Part shown: piece by piece, positions 1 through 9,320 of the stretch | Layout of the letters: every line of letters starts with the position of its first letter | Position numbering within the stretch: position 1 is the first letter of the stretch | IMG/VR virus record: IMGVR_UViG_3300008988_000001 | DNA length: 62,648 nt | Reading direction: 5' to 3' (one strand) | Origin: a virus | The notes under the pieces: model-generated | The model's input: only the letters and a program-made list of their open reading frames with translations | The model's database searches: none | What the model was told of the DNA's origin: nothing | Translations under genes and position numbers: made by a program

Positions 1-99
1 GCGCTTCAAGCTGAACTTTCCGGGATAGAGGCGGCAGAAAAGGAAATCAATCAGCTGCAGGCCCAGCGGGGAAAGCTGGTCTCGAAAGTTGCCCGCTGG
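1..99. repeat. Terminal direct repeat, identical to 62550..62648 (assembly overlap of a circular or terminally redundant genome)
   Basis: Base-by-base comparison of the first 99 nt and the last 99 nt of the window shows identity. Confidence 0.95.
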
Positions 100-594
100 C
101 GCTACATTCAATTGGGGTGCGGAAAGACCGGGCTCCAAAACCTGCGTATCGATGGAGCGGCGCCCAGGATCATTTACAATGCTAACCGGCTTTTGTCTCA
201 GGCCTATGGTGCGAGATATGCCGTCCGGCTGGAAACACAAAATGAGGACGGGAAAGAAGATCTGCAAGTAAAGATCATCATGGAAAACGGGCAAGAGGTT
301 TACCTGGAGGACATTAGCGGCGGTCAACGAGCGTGGAATGTTCAATCGCTTTGGCTGGCAATGTCTCTTTTGAATCAAGAAAAAAGCGGCCGGAAATACA
401 ATTACTTCTGCAGCGACGAAAGCGATGGGGCGCTTGATGTTGAAAACGCGGTCAAATACACGGCCCTTTATCGTCCATTCATGGAAGAGGGCCACCTTGA
501 TCAGCTGATTTTCATTTCTCACAAAGAACAGTGCCGATCAATGGCAGATAATGAACTGAAGTTCGAGCACCGGAAGAATCCGGTTTGGCAATAG
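1..594 (+). CDS. sbcC: SbcC/Rad50-like ABC ATPase, C-terminal part. Continues from 60447..62648 across the circular junction; unique sequence resumes at nt 100.
   Basis: Frame 1 is open from nt 1. It contains the ABC signature SGGQ, Walker B FCSDESDGALD and an ISH H-loop. The frame is continuous with the ORF that is open at the window end. Confidence 0.85.
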   Translation, partial: ALQAELSGIEAAEKEINQLQAQRGKLVSKVARWRYIQLGCGKTGLQNLRIDGAAPRIIYNANRLLSQAYGARYAVRLETQNEDGKEDLQVKIIMENGQEVYLEDISGGQRAWNVQSLWLAMSLLNQEKSGRKYNYFCSDESDGALDVENAVKYTALYRPFMEEGHLDQLIFISHKEQCRSMADNELKFEHRKNPVWQ

Positions 595-755
595 GATACC
601 CAAGGGCTTTAAGCGTGTGCGAATGTTCGCGGAGCACGTTGTCGAGTCTTTCCCTTCCCCGTCAGTCTTGCCGGAAAACGGGGTAGTACCACCAGGAGCG
701 CGGCAAGGGCAAAGCCCTACTTTTATGTACTTTACAAACCCAAAGGAGGAAACAA

Positions 756-1280
756 ATGTGGGACTCGTTTGCAAAGTTAGGCCGTATCAGAAAGGCCCTG
801 GAATATAGAGGCTTAGATCCCGAGAAACTTGATATCGGAGATTTGTTCAGGGAGTTGGCAAAGCGCGTTCCCGATAAGGAATTGAATACTTTTTCATGGT
901 TCTTCACGCATCTGGAACCACCTGGATGCCAGATGTCCCACTGCAAAAGTTACGGCGCATCACCTTCTTTTTGTAATTGTGGGGCTGGTGAAATTCCCGG
1001 TCGATGCAAAATCAATAAAGAGTATTTGCGCAGGAGAAAAGAGAAAGCGGTTAAGGCGGCGGACGAACTTCTGGTGGCATTGAAAGATTATCGCAAAGGC
1101 GAGGATGCTTTGCCGCTCATAAACGCATCGCTCGGCTCATGTCGATTTTACGAAATGGTTCTAAAAATTAACTCAAAATTCGCATTTCTGAAAAAGTGGA
1201 ATTACAGCCTTAAAGAAGACACCTGGAAGGAGATAAAAAAACGAGTCATCGACTATAAAACAAAGAAGGAGGTTTTATGA
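756..1280 (+). CDS. Hypothetical protein, Cys-rich centre
   Basis: 174-aa ORF with an AAAGGAGG RBS just upstream of the ATG. Contains a CQMSHC...CNCG...C cluster. No family recognised. Confidence 0.55.
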   Translation: MWDSFAKLGRIRKALEYRGLDPEKLDIGDLFRELAKRVPDKELNTFSWFFTHLEPPGCQMSHCKSYGASPSFCNCGAGEIPGRCKINKEYLRRRKEKAVKAADELLVALKDYRKGEDALPLINASLGSCRFYEMVLKINSKFAFLKKWNYSLKEDTWKEIKKRVIDYKTKKEVL

Positions 1281-1870
1281 AAATCGAAGAATCAACATTT
1301 AAAGAAATTGGACAATTAGTAACCGATGCTTTACTGACGCACCAAGGACCGATCAACCTTGCCTTTAAAAAGAACGGCGAGGACGATCTTAAGATAGGCC
1401 TAAAGGCATTGATCAAGCCCGGGCCGGGGGACGGTGATTTCAAAATCAAGGTCGACATTGACTACATCATTGAAAAGGCAACCGATTCCTTTACCCGATC
1501 AGTAAGCCAAAGACAGGCCACTCTCAACCTGGACGGTCCAACAAAGCCGTGTCCGCTCTTACCTGAAGGCGACGAGGTTTATACGAACGTCTGCGCGAAA
1601 TGCAAAGAGCGGCAGTCAATCATCCTCGTTGATGGGAAATCTCTTCCTGTCTGGAAAAGCCACAGGGATCCGATAGAGGCACCAAAGGAAGGTTATCAGA
1701 TGGTTCAGGTCATGCCCTGCAAATCATGGGCGGATGATGATTATCAGATATTCTGTGCTGACATGCTGAGAAAAGCGATCATCCACGAAACGGAAATGAA
1801 GAACCGGGCGGAAAAAGAAGAAACCAAACCGGAAGAAAAGAAAAAACACAGAATGAAGAAGGCGGCGTAA
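1277..1870 (+). CDS. Hypothetical protein with a Lys/Glu-rich C-terminus
   Basis: 197-aa ORF. ATGA overlap with the upstream ORF and TAATG overlap with the downstream methyltransferase. Confidence 0.55.
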   Translation: MKIEESTFKEIGQLVTDALLTHQGPINLAFKKNGEDDLKIGLKALIKPGPGDGDFKIKVDIDYIIEKATDSFTRSVSQRQATLNLDGPTKPCPLLPEGDEVYTNVCAKCKERQSIILVDGKSLPVWKSHRDPIEAPKEGYQMVQVMPCKSWADDDYQIFCADMLRKAIIHETEMKNRAEKEETKPEEKKKHRMKKAA

Positions 1871-3570
1871 TGACACAAAAATCATTCCAAGCTGCTGACC
1901 TCTTTTGCGGCGCCGGCGGAACATCATCGGGGATTTATCGGGCATGCAAGCAGCTGGGCGTTAATGTTGATTTGGTTGCTGTGAATCATTGGAATATTGC
2001 AATCCAGACACATGAAGCAAATCACCCGGAAGCACGTCATATTTGCGCGACGCTGGAAAGCATTGATCCGCGCGAAGCCGTACCCGCCGGTTATCTGGAT
2101 ATTCTTGTTGCTTCTCCGGAGTGCACTCATCATTCAGTGGCCAGAGGGGGAAAGCCGGTAAACGATCAGTTACGCGCCTCAGCCTGGCACATTCTCCGAT
2201 GGGTTGAGTTATTAAGAATCGACAACATTCTGATTGAAAACGTTCGAGAGTTTCGTGATTGGGGGCCAACTGATCAAAAAGGCCGGCCGATTAAAAAACG
2301 CAAAGGTGAAATCTATCAGGCATTTTTAACGGCGCTGCGCTCCCTTAATTACAATGTTGAGGATAGGATTTTGAACGCGGCCGATTATGGAGATCCCACG
2401 TCGCGCAATCGGCTCTTTGTTCAGGCACGTCGGGGCCGGAAAAAGATTATTTGGCCGAAAGCCTCGCACACGATGAGCGACACCTCCGCATTATTTGGTG
2501 ATGAATTAAAGCCATACAGAACCGCACGGGAAGTTATTGACTGGGGCCTGCCTGGAGAATCCATCTTCAAAAGAAAAAAGCCTCTTGCCTCTGCGACGAT
2601 GGCGCGGATTGCTGCAGGACTCCGCAAATATGGCGGTAAGAATGCAGAGCCATTTCTGGTTATGATGTATGGCAGCAATGATGCCCGATCAGTGGATAGA
2701 CCTATGCCCACCGTAACGGCGAACGGGAATCATATCGGACTTTGCAAACCTTTTCTGACGCATATCACTCATACCGGCGGGGACCGGGCCCACGATATTG
2801 ACAAGCCGATGCCGACAATTACCTGTGCGCATCGCGGAGAAATGGCACTTGTCGAGCCTTTTATTGTCCCCTTTTTTGGGGAACGTAAAGGACAAAATCC
2901 GCGAACTCATTCTATTGACGATCCAATACCAACGGTTACAGGACATGGGGCAGGTGCACTTATTGAACCGTTTATTGTCAGATACCACGGAAATCATAAA
3001 GGTCATAACGATTCAGAGCGACGGACCCATGATGTTAATCAGCCGTTGCCGACGCTGGATACGTCAAACCGCTATGCGCTGTGTGAACCATTCATCGCCA
3101 TCATGAAGGGCCAGAGCAAAACACGGGATCTTGACAGCCCGCTGCCGACGATCACGACGAACCCGCATCTCTATTTTTGTGAGCCATTTTTAACGATCAT
3201 CAAAGGAAAAAGCACTGCGTCGGATATCGATAAACCCGTCCCGGCAATTACGACAAAGCAATATGTAGCCCTCTGCCAGCCGTTCATTACTAAATATTAT
3301 GGGTGTGGGGAAGGTGCGGCAAGTGTTGATGCTCCCCTGGACACGATCACCACGCGGGACCGTTTCGGACTGGTTGAGCCATGCACGGACGGCGAGGCGG
3401 TTTATGATATCCGATTCAGGATGTTGCAGCCACATGAGCTTTCTGCCGCGATGTCATTCGATAAAAACTATCAATTCGCCGGGAATAAAACAGACAAGGT
3501 AAAGCAAATCGGTAACGCCGTTCCGGTCCGGACGGCAACGGCTTTATGCAAGGCAATGTTAAGCAATTAA
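1870..3570 (+). CDS. DNA (cytosine-5)-methyltransferase with an expanded variable region
   Basis: Motif I FCGAGG, motif IV SPECTHHS (PC), motif VI ENV, motif VIII SRNRLFVQARR, motif X QIGNAVP. Seven PxPT(I/V)T...EPF(I/L) modules lie between motifs VIII and IX. Confidence 0.9.
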   Translation: MTQKSFQAADLFCGAGGTSSGIYRACKQLGVNVDLVAVNHWNIAIQTHEANHPEARHICATLESIDPREAVPAGYLDILVASPECTHHSVARGGKPVNDQLRASAWHILRWVELLRIDNILIENVREFRDWGPTDQKGRPIKKRKGEIYQAFLTALRSLNYNVEDRILNAADYGDPTSRNRLFVQARRGRKKIIWPKASHTMSDTSALFGDELKPYRTAREVIDWGLPGESIFKRKKPLASATMARIAAGLRKYGGKNAEPFLVMMYGSNDARSVDRPMPTVTANGNHIGLCKPFLTHITHTGGDRAHDIDKPMPTITCAHRGEMALVEPFIVPFFGERKGQNPRTHSIDDPIPTVTGHGAGALIEPFIVRYHGNHKGHNDSERRTHDVNQPLPTLDTSNRYALCEPFIAIMKGQSKTRDLDSPLPTITTNPHLYFCEPFLTIIKGKSTASDIDKPVPAITTKQYVALCQPFITKYYGCGEGAASVDAPLDTITTRDRFGLVEPCTDGEAVYDIRFRMLQPHELSAAMSFDKNYQFAGNKTDKVKQIGNAVPVRTATALCKAMLSN

Positions 3571-3580
3571 GGGATGCAAT

Positions 3581-3820
3581 ATGAATAGGCCCACCGTCAA
3601 TCATATCATGTTTATCGGTCCTGATGCTGAATGGCATACACGAACATTTTTGCCTCTATATGACATGGTTTGGGCTGAAGATGCTGAATGTGGTGACTGT
3701 CAACTGGCCTATCGTTGTCACCCGATGGTTCAAGATGAAAAAAACGAGAACGCTTATCACAAACTCTGCACGTTAACGGTAATTAAAGAGAAACTGATCA
3801 AGGCGAAGGAAATATTGTAA
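3581..3820 (+). CDS. Hypothetical small protein
   Basis: 79-aa ORF packed tightly between the methyltransferase and the helicase. Confidence 0.4.
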   Translation: MNRPTVNHIMFIGPDAEWHTRTFLPLYDMVWAEDAECGDCQLAYRCHPMVQDEKNENAYHKLCTLTVIKEKLIKAKEIL

Positions 3821-5464
3821 ATGCTACGGAAACATCAATCTGAAACACAGTCAGTCATGGACCGCATTAAATTGGGCGAACCGATCCGGACGATCTACGA
3901 GCAGGTATGTCCGGGAGGCGGAAAAAGCACCATCCCCATCATGGCCGGCCAACTGATCACCGCAGGCCTGGCCGACAAGCTTCTCTGGATTGCTCCGCGC
4001 CTATCCCTTACCGATCAGGCAGAGCGGGAATTCGTCAACCCGTACTTCCGGTCGATGTTCAACCACAATCTGAAGATCCGGCAGTCAACGAACGAGATTA
4101 ATCCCTGCCGCGGGCTGGACGGCGCATCGACCACGTACAATGCCGCGGGCATGGATGATGGCATATTATTCCGTGAGTTTCAGCAAAGGCGCTACATCCT
4201 GATTTTAGATGAATTTCACCACATTCAGGAAGACAGCCTTTGGCATAAAAAAATAGCCCCGCTTTACAACATGGCCGCTTACAGAATCATGATGACCGGG
4301 ACGCTCGAGCGCGGAGACGGATCCCGGATAGCCTTCACACCTTATCGCGGATCCGGGAAGAACGTCACGCCCTGGATTCAAGACGGACCTGAAACCGCAG
4401 TTATCAGATACACCCGCGCCGATGCCCTGGCAGAAAAGGCGATCATTCCCCTGCAGTTCCATTTATCCGATGGATCAGCAGAATGGGAAGACAACCGCGG
4501 GCGCAAGGTCCGGGTGGCCAGCATGGACAAGATGAACGAGGCCGACGCGAACAAAGCCCTTTATACCGCCCTGAAGACAGAATATGCGGACGATCTTCTT
4601 TCGCACGGTATTGCGCACTGGCAGGAACACCGAAAAAACTACTCGAGCGCAAAGTGCCTTGTCGTAACATCCAACATCAGCGAGGCAAAGAGGCACATAA
4701 AATCACTCGAGCACATAAACGCCCGCGCCGACATTGCCACGTCGGAGGATTCAGACGCAGCGCAAAAGGTCATTAATCGGATGAAAGCCGGTAAACTTGA
4801 CGTCATTGTCACTGTCGCCATGGCATATGAAGGTCTGAACATTCCGGAAGTCAGTCATGTTATCTGCCTGACGCGCATAAGAAGCGTCCCCTGGATTGAG
4901 CAGATGACCGCCCGAGCGAACAGGATTGACCCCGCTTATGGTTACGATGAACAGATAGGCCATATCTTCGCGCCGGCGGACCCACTTTTCAAGGAAGTCA
5001 TGAAAAAAATCGAAGCTGAACAAGCTCCGGTAATGCAAGAAAGATCGTCGCGTTTTCCTTCTTCTCGCGGCGAATCAGAGGACGGCGGCAGCGGATTCCG
5101 TTTGGAACCGGCTCCGGGCGGGATAACGCCGCTGTCCTCTGCCATGACAGGCAAACGGGAAATGGTAATGGGCAAATTGAATAATTGTTCAATTCCCGAA
5201 AAGACAGCCTCAGAACAAGAAGCTGAATTACGCGAGGCGATAGACAGCCACTTGGGACGGTTTGCCTACACGAACCGGTACATGAAACAGAAGCTGAACA
5301 CGGATGTATGCAGGCACTTTGGAAAACCCCGCGGCCAGATGACCATCAAAGAACTTGAGAGCTGTTTGAAGCACGTCCAGCAGACTTACCCGCTGTCATA
5401 CGTCCGCGGGACCGGGCGCCGGGTGCCGACCAAAGCCGTTCCGTTAAATTGTGAATGGAGGTAG
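3821..5464 (+). CDS. Superfamily-2 DExH helicase
   Basis: Walker A GGGKST, motif II LILDEFHH, motif III MTGTLERGD, motif V/VI region AMAYEGLNIP...QMTARANR. Confidence 0.8.
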   Translation: MLRKHQSETQSVMDRIKLGEPIRTIYEQVCPGGGKSTIPIMAGQLITAGLADKLLWIAPRLSLTDQAEREFVNPYFRSMFNHNLKIRQSTNEINPCRGLDGASTTYNAAGMDDGILFREFQQRRYILILDEFHHIQEDSLWHKKIAPLYNMAAYRIMMTGTLERGDGSRIAFTPYRGSGKNVTPWIQDGPETAVIRYTRADALAEKAIIPLQFHLSDGSAEWEDNRGRKVRVASMDKMNEADANKALYTALKTEYADDLLSHGIAHWQEHRKNYSSAKCLVVTSNISEAKRHIKSLEHINARADIATSEDSDAAQKVINRMKAGKLDVIVTVAMAYEGLNIPEVSHVICLTRIRSVPWIEQMTARANRIDPAYGYDEQIGHIFAPADPLFKEVMKKIEAEQAPVMQERSSRFPSSRGESEDGGSGFRLEPAPGGITPLSSAMTGKREMVMGKLNNCSIPEKTASEQEAELREAIDSHLGRFAYTNRYMKQKLNTDVCRHFGKPRGQMTIKELESCLKHVQQTYPLSYVRGTGRRVPTKAVPLNCEWR

Positions 5465-5468
5465 GGTG

Positions 5469-5936
5469 ATGATTAAAATTCAGAAAAGTAAAACAGCAGA
5501 CACAAGATCATGTGATTTTTCACAGGTGACAGAAATGCAGTTGTTGGCGAGCAGTCTCCAGCACATGAACGACGTTAAACTTGGAATGGAGTTTTTGAAA
5601 GATTTAATCACGGAGGCTGACGAAAGACATGACCACGATAAGTTAACCGGCATAAAACAATTTCACGCTGATTTCATCACCGGATTTAAACAAACGGGCT
5701 GGTGGGATAATCACCGAAAGGTAAACCGTCACCACCTTCTTGCGGAGGACGGGGTTCCTGATGACGTAAACCTCGTTGACGTTTTAGATATGATTGTTGA
5801 TTGCGTTATGGCCGGAATGGGCCGGACTGGAACTGTTTACCCTTTGGAAATAAAGCCGGACATTTTAATGAAGTCATTTCAAAACACAGTTGATTTGCTG
5901 AAAAAACAAGTTGTGGTGGAGGGTGAAACCGAGTGA
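5469..5936 (+). CDS. Hypothetical protein, DUF5662-like (HDxxKL and NRHH motifs)
   Basis: GGAGGTAGGG RBS before the ATG at 5469. Motifs ERHDHDKL and WWDNHRKVNRHH recall the DUF5662 pattern. The family assignment is from memory only. Confidence 0.45.
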   Translation: MIKIQKSKTADTRSCDFSQVTEMQLLASSLQHMNDVKLGMEFLKDLITEADERHDHDKLTGIKQFHADFITGFKQTGWWDNHRKVNRHHLLAEDGVPDDVNLVDVLDMIVDCVMAGMGRTGTVYPLEIKPDILMKSFQNTVDLLKKQVVVEGETE

Positions 5937-5984
5937 GAAGTGAAAAAATGTTCCGCCTGAACAACATAGCACGGAGTCGATAAA

Positions 5985-6155
5985 ATGAAAATTGAACTGG
6001 AAAGTGGCGTATGGCTTGCTGATGGCGAAGGAGATCCGGCAAGAACGCTTGACGAGAACAATGCAAAAGAATTTAAAACACTCAAGGAAGCGCGTACGGC
6101 ATTGGAAGAGGCTAGAAAATACAGGCCGTTCAAGAATGCTGTCATTGTAAGGTAA
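5985..6155 (+). CDS. Small hypothetical protein (56 aa), below the ORF-track size cut-off
   Basis: Hand translation gives MKIELESGVWLADGEGDPARTLDENNAKEFKTLKEARTALEEARKYRPFKNAVIVR. It fills an otherwise empty gap. Confidence 0.35.
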   Translation: MKIELESGVWLADGEGDPARTLDENNAKEFKTLKEARTALEEARKYRPFKNAVIVR

Positions 6156-6162
6156 TTATAAA

Positions 6163-6594
6163 ATGCCAATGTTTAAAAACGAAGCAGAATTTAGGGCCTT
6201 CATGGCTGGACGGAAACAGACAATCCCGCCGGGCCTCTCCCATGATGAATGGTTGCCGCTGTATAGAAAGCAGCAGAGCACGAACAAGCACCATAACGTT
6301 ATTTGTGAAGCGGACAGGCTGAAGTTCCCGAGCAAGAAGCACCGGGCGCACTATCTGACGTTGAAGGCCATGCAGCAGAACGGAGAAATAGACTGGTTTC
6401 TGCGCGAAGTTCCTTTTGATCTTATCGGCCATTATGAAAGTGGGCGTATCGTGCGCCATTACGTTGATTTTATGATCCGTCTGCCAGACAAAACATTTCG
6501 GTATCAAGAAGTCAAAGGGCGTGATCTGGCCATGGGGAAGCTGAAAAGGGTTCAGACAGAAGAAATTTATGGAATTAAGATTGAGGTGATTTGA
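6163..6594 (+). CDS. DUF1064-like PD-(D/E)xK nuclease (RecU/resolvase-like)
   Basis: Pattern KFPSKKHRAHY..L...GEI......PF.L......YVDFMI......YQEVKG...GKLKR matches the DUF1064 layout as recalled. Confidence 0.6.
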   Translation: MPMFKNEAEFRAFMAGRKQTIPPGLSHDEWLPLYRKQQSTNKHHNVICEADRLKFPSKKHRAHYLTLKAMQQNGEIDWFLREVPFDLIGHYESGRIVRHYVDFMIRLPDKTFRYQEVKGRDLAMGKLKRVQTEEIYGIKIEVI

Positions 6595-6595
6595 A

Positions 6596-7276
6596 ATGCC
6601 ATTGCAGAAATCAAAAGGTCAAATGTACCCATGGGTAACTCATACCCATTGTCACCTGGGCGGTGAATGTCCGCATAAATGCGTTTACTGCTATGTCGAT
6701 CATTTCCCGTTTGGCCGGCCAAGGAAATATCAAGGTGAACTGCGCCTGATCGAGAAGGAATTTTCTGTAAATTACGGGTCGGGAAAGACGATTTTTATTG
6801 AGAATTGCAATGATCTATTTGCTTTTGCAGTTTACCCAAATATCATTAACGGAGTTCTTGAGCATTGCTGCATGTGGCCAGAAAACGAATACGTGTTCCA
6901 GACAAAAAACCCTGACCGATATCATGGCACGTATCAGCCATTCCCACCCAAAAGCATAAGGGGCTGCACCATCGAAACGAACAGAGATTACCATAACATA
7001 AGCCGTGCGCCTGGCCAGATGGAGCGTTATTATGCAATGAGGAAAATGTCGGGCCGCAAATTCATCACCATTGAACCAATTATAGACTTTGACGTTGACG
7101 TTCTATCTGCATGGATGGACATTATACGCCCCGAATTTGTCAACATCGGAGCGGACAGCAAGGGTCACAATCTTCCAGAGCCGACACCGGATAAGATTCG
7201 CGGCCTGATTTCCAAGCTGAATGAATACGGCATTGAGATTCGAGAAAAGCACAACCTGGAAAGGATATTGAAATGA
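6596..7276 (+). CDS. Phage Gp37/Gp68 (DUF5131)-like protein with a CX3CX2C radical-SAM-type cluster motif
   Basis: CPHKCVYCY motif near the N-terminus. Downstream blocks IFIENCNDLF, FQTKNP, ITIEPI and NIGADSKG resemble the Gp37/Gp68 family order. Confidence 0.55.
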   Translation: MPLQKSKGQMYPWVTHTHCHLGGECPHKCVYCYVDHFPFGRPRKYQGELRLIEKEFSVNYGSGKTIFIENCNDLFAFAVYPNIINGVLEHCCMWPENEYVFQTKNPDRYHGTYQPFPPKSIRGCTIETNRDYHNISRAPGQMERYYAMRKMSGRKFITIEPIIDFDVDVLSAWMDIIRPEFVNIGADSKGHNLPEPTPDKIRGLISKLNEYGIEIREKHNLERILK

Positions 7277-7716
7277 TCAAAAACTACACATCAACAGTAC
7301 CGGTAAGCCGTAGCGTCCAGCACATTGAGGATTGCCTGATCCGACATGGGGCAAAAAACATCATGAAAATGTATGACGATGACAAAAAGCTCGAATCCCT
7401 GTGCTTTATTATCAGCGTGGACGGGAAGGATATGCCCTTTAAGCTCCCTGCCTCGGTGGACAAGGTTGAAAAAGTCCTCCGTGCGACCGTCCGGCGCCCA
7501 ACCGCTCAAACCAATGCTCGGATAGCTGATCAGGCAGAGCGCACAGCCTGGAAACTCCAAAGCGATTGGGTTGATATCCAAATGAGCCTGATCGAATTGA
7601 ACCAGGTTGAGATCCTACAGGTCTTTTTGGCCTATGTTTATTATCCGGCCCAGAAGCAGACGTACTTTGAAAAGATCAAAAACGGCGGGTTCTTGCAACT
7701 GACGGAGAAAACATGA
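7273..7716 (+). CDS. Hypothetical protein
   Basis: 147-aa ORF with an ATGA overlap with the upstream gene. Confidence 0.5.
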   Translation: MIKNYTSTVPVSRSVQHIEDCLIRHGAKNIMKMYDDDKKLESLCFIISVDGKDMPFKLPASVDKVEKVLRATVRRPTAQTNARIADQAERTAWKLQSDWVDIQMSLIELNQVEILQVFLAYVYYPAQKQTYFEKIKNGGFLQLTEKT

Positions 7717-7762
7717 ATAATAAAGAAATGTCGGATGAAGAGTTGAAAGAAGGAGGTATAGA

Positions 7763-7948
7763 ATGCCAAAAATGATTAAATACACACATCCGGAATGGGA
7801 GAGCGCTTTAATACTTCATCCGGAAGAACCGGCAATAGATATTATCAAAGACTTGAATGACGATGATTTTGATATGAGTTTCCTGAACAAGACGGAGATA
7901 GAAATGACTCGACATGATATTGATCATCTTTCGGAATGGGATGGATGA
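7763..7948 (+). CDS. Hypothetical small acidic protein
   Basis: 61-aa ORF with a GAAGGAGG RBS upstream. Confidence 0.4.
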   Translation: MPKMIKYTHPEWESALILHPEEPAIDIIKDLNDDDFDMSFLNKTEIEMTRHDIDHLSEWDG

Positions 7949-8270
7949 AATGACTAACTATGAAAAGTTTTTAGAACAAATTAAAAATGATCCAGAAATT
8001 ATTTGGCTTGCGGCGAAAGAACAAGAGGCAGAAATAATTACTCTCCGCCAGCGGGTGAATGAACTGGAAGCACAACTTCCATTCGGGTATGCGGTAGACT
8101 ACTGGGAGTTGCAAATCGAGAAAGACAAATACAAAAAGCAAGCCGAATCAGCTCAGGCAGCGGTGGAGGCGATGGAAAAACTGTGCGCCATGAGCCCTCA
8201 ATTTTACTCATACAGCCATGTTATAAGAATGGTTATAGATGATTATCAGGCCACGAAGGAGGAGAAATGA
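7941..8270 (+). CDS. Hypothetical coiled-coil protein
   Basis: ORF 7914..8270. The ATG at 7941 overlaps the upstream stop and is the more likely start. Confidence 0.45.
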   Translation: MDEMTNYEKFLEQIKNDPEIIWLAAKEQEAEIITLRQRVNELEAQLPFGYAVDYWELQIEKDKYKKQAESAQAAVEAMEKLCAMSPQFYSYSHVIRMVIDDYQATKEEK

Positions 8271-8668
8271 GCATTGAGCGATGGAGGCCAAAGATTAAAA
8301 AGTCCTTAACGAGTCAAAATTTTGAATTGAGAATGTGGACCGATAAGGCTGGCGAGTATGTTCTTTATACTGATTACGCCACTCTCCGCGCAGAAGTGGA
8401 GCATCTAAGAGGCGGCAAGTTTTCCGACCGTGACTATACAGCAATAAAATCCAAGTGCGAAGACCTTCAGGTAGAAGTGGAGAGGTTGAAGTGCTGTGGG
8501 AATTGCGATTTGTTTGTTGCAATAGATGGTGAACTGGTTTGTCAGAATGCCCCGGTAGTAAATACCTTGGAAGATAAAATAGATTATCTTAAATGCAAAA
8601 ATGCTCATAGGGTTTGTAAGGATTGGCAATCCGACAACCTAACCAGAAAGGAGCGGGAGGGAGAGTAA
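8267..8668 (+). CDS. Hypothetical protein with a Cys cluster (CCGNC...C...C)
   Basis: 133-aa ORF with an ATGA overlap with the upstream gene. Confidence 0.45.
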   Translation: MSIERWRPKIKKSLTSQNFELRMWTDKAGEYVLYTDYATLRAEVEHLRGGKFSDRDYTAIKSKCEDLQVEVERLKCCGNCDLFVAIDGELVCQNAPVVNTLEDKIDYLKCKNAHRVCKDWQSDNLTRKEREGE

Positions 8669-8817
8669 TGAATTCATTAGAGAGATTATTGATGTATTAT
8701 ATCGGAAATATAGTTGTATTTATAACTCTTGGGATTGCTGGTTTTAGTACCATAGAAATTTCATTGGCATGTATTGTTGTTATATTATTTTATATTCTTA
8801 TTGAGGTAACAATATGA
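8668..8817 (+). CDS. Small membrane protein (49 aa)
   Basis: TAATG overlap with the upstream stop and a GGAGGGAG RBS. Two hydrophobic helices (IGNIVVFITLGIAGF, LACIVVILFYILI). Confidence 0.4.
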   Translation: MNSLERLLMYYIGNIVVFITLGIAGFSTIEISLACIVVILFYILIEVTI

Positions 8818-8858
8818 CACTTAAACAACAATTCACATAATGGAGAGGAAAGGATGAA

Positions 8859-9104
8859 GTGATGATACTAGTTATGGCGGTTAATAAAATCCACTTTGAG
8901 CATTGGTGTAGAGAGGTTGGCTTAAATCCAAATAACAATAACTCTGTCAGGTATGTATTTAGCCCAAATCAGCTACGAGGAATAATTGGAAGAGTCGATA
9001 TAGAGATAATAACACTTCCGGGGTGGTATCAACAAAAGGACGAAAGTGTTTTTAGTGAACTCGATGCACTGGTTAAAGAGCATTATAAAAGGAGAACCCG
9101 ATGA
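8859..9104 (+). CDS. Hypothetical protein
   Basis: 81-aa ORF with a GGAGAGGAAAGG RBS. Lies in an AT-rich stretch. Confidence 0.4.
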   Translation: MMILVMAVNKIHFEHWCREVGLNPNNNNSVRYVFSPNQLRGIIGRVDIEIITLPGWYQQKDESVFSELDALVKEHYKRRTR

Positions 9105-9131
9105 CCACCGAAGACAGGAAGAGGGAGAGTA

Positions 9132-9320
9132 ATGACCAAGCAAATATTAATATATAAATGCGAAGAATGTCCACATGCAATTTTTGACCGACAAGATAGT
9201 CCTGAATATTGGGGGAAATGGTATTGTTTTAATGATAACATCAGAGAGCCTATGTTTTTGGAAAATACTGACGTTTCGCACGAAACGCCTAGGTGGTGTC
9301 CGTTAAGTGATTATAGGTAA
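9132..9320 (+). CDS. Small Cys-rich (zinc-ribbon-like) protein
   Basis: 62-aa ORF with a CEEC...C...WCPL pattern and a GGGAGAG RBS. Confidence 0.4.
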   Translation: MTKQILIYKCEECPHAIFDRQDSPEYWGKWYCFNDNIREPMFLENTDVSHETPRWCPLSDYR

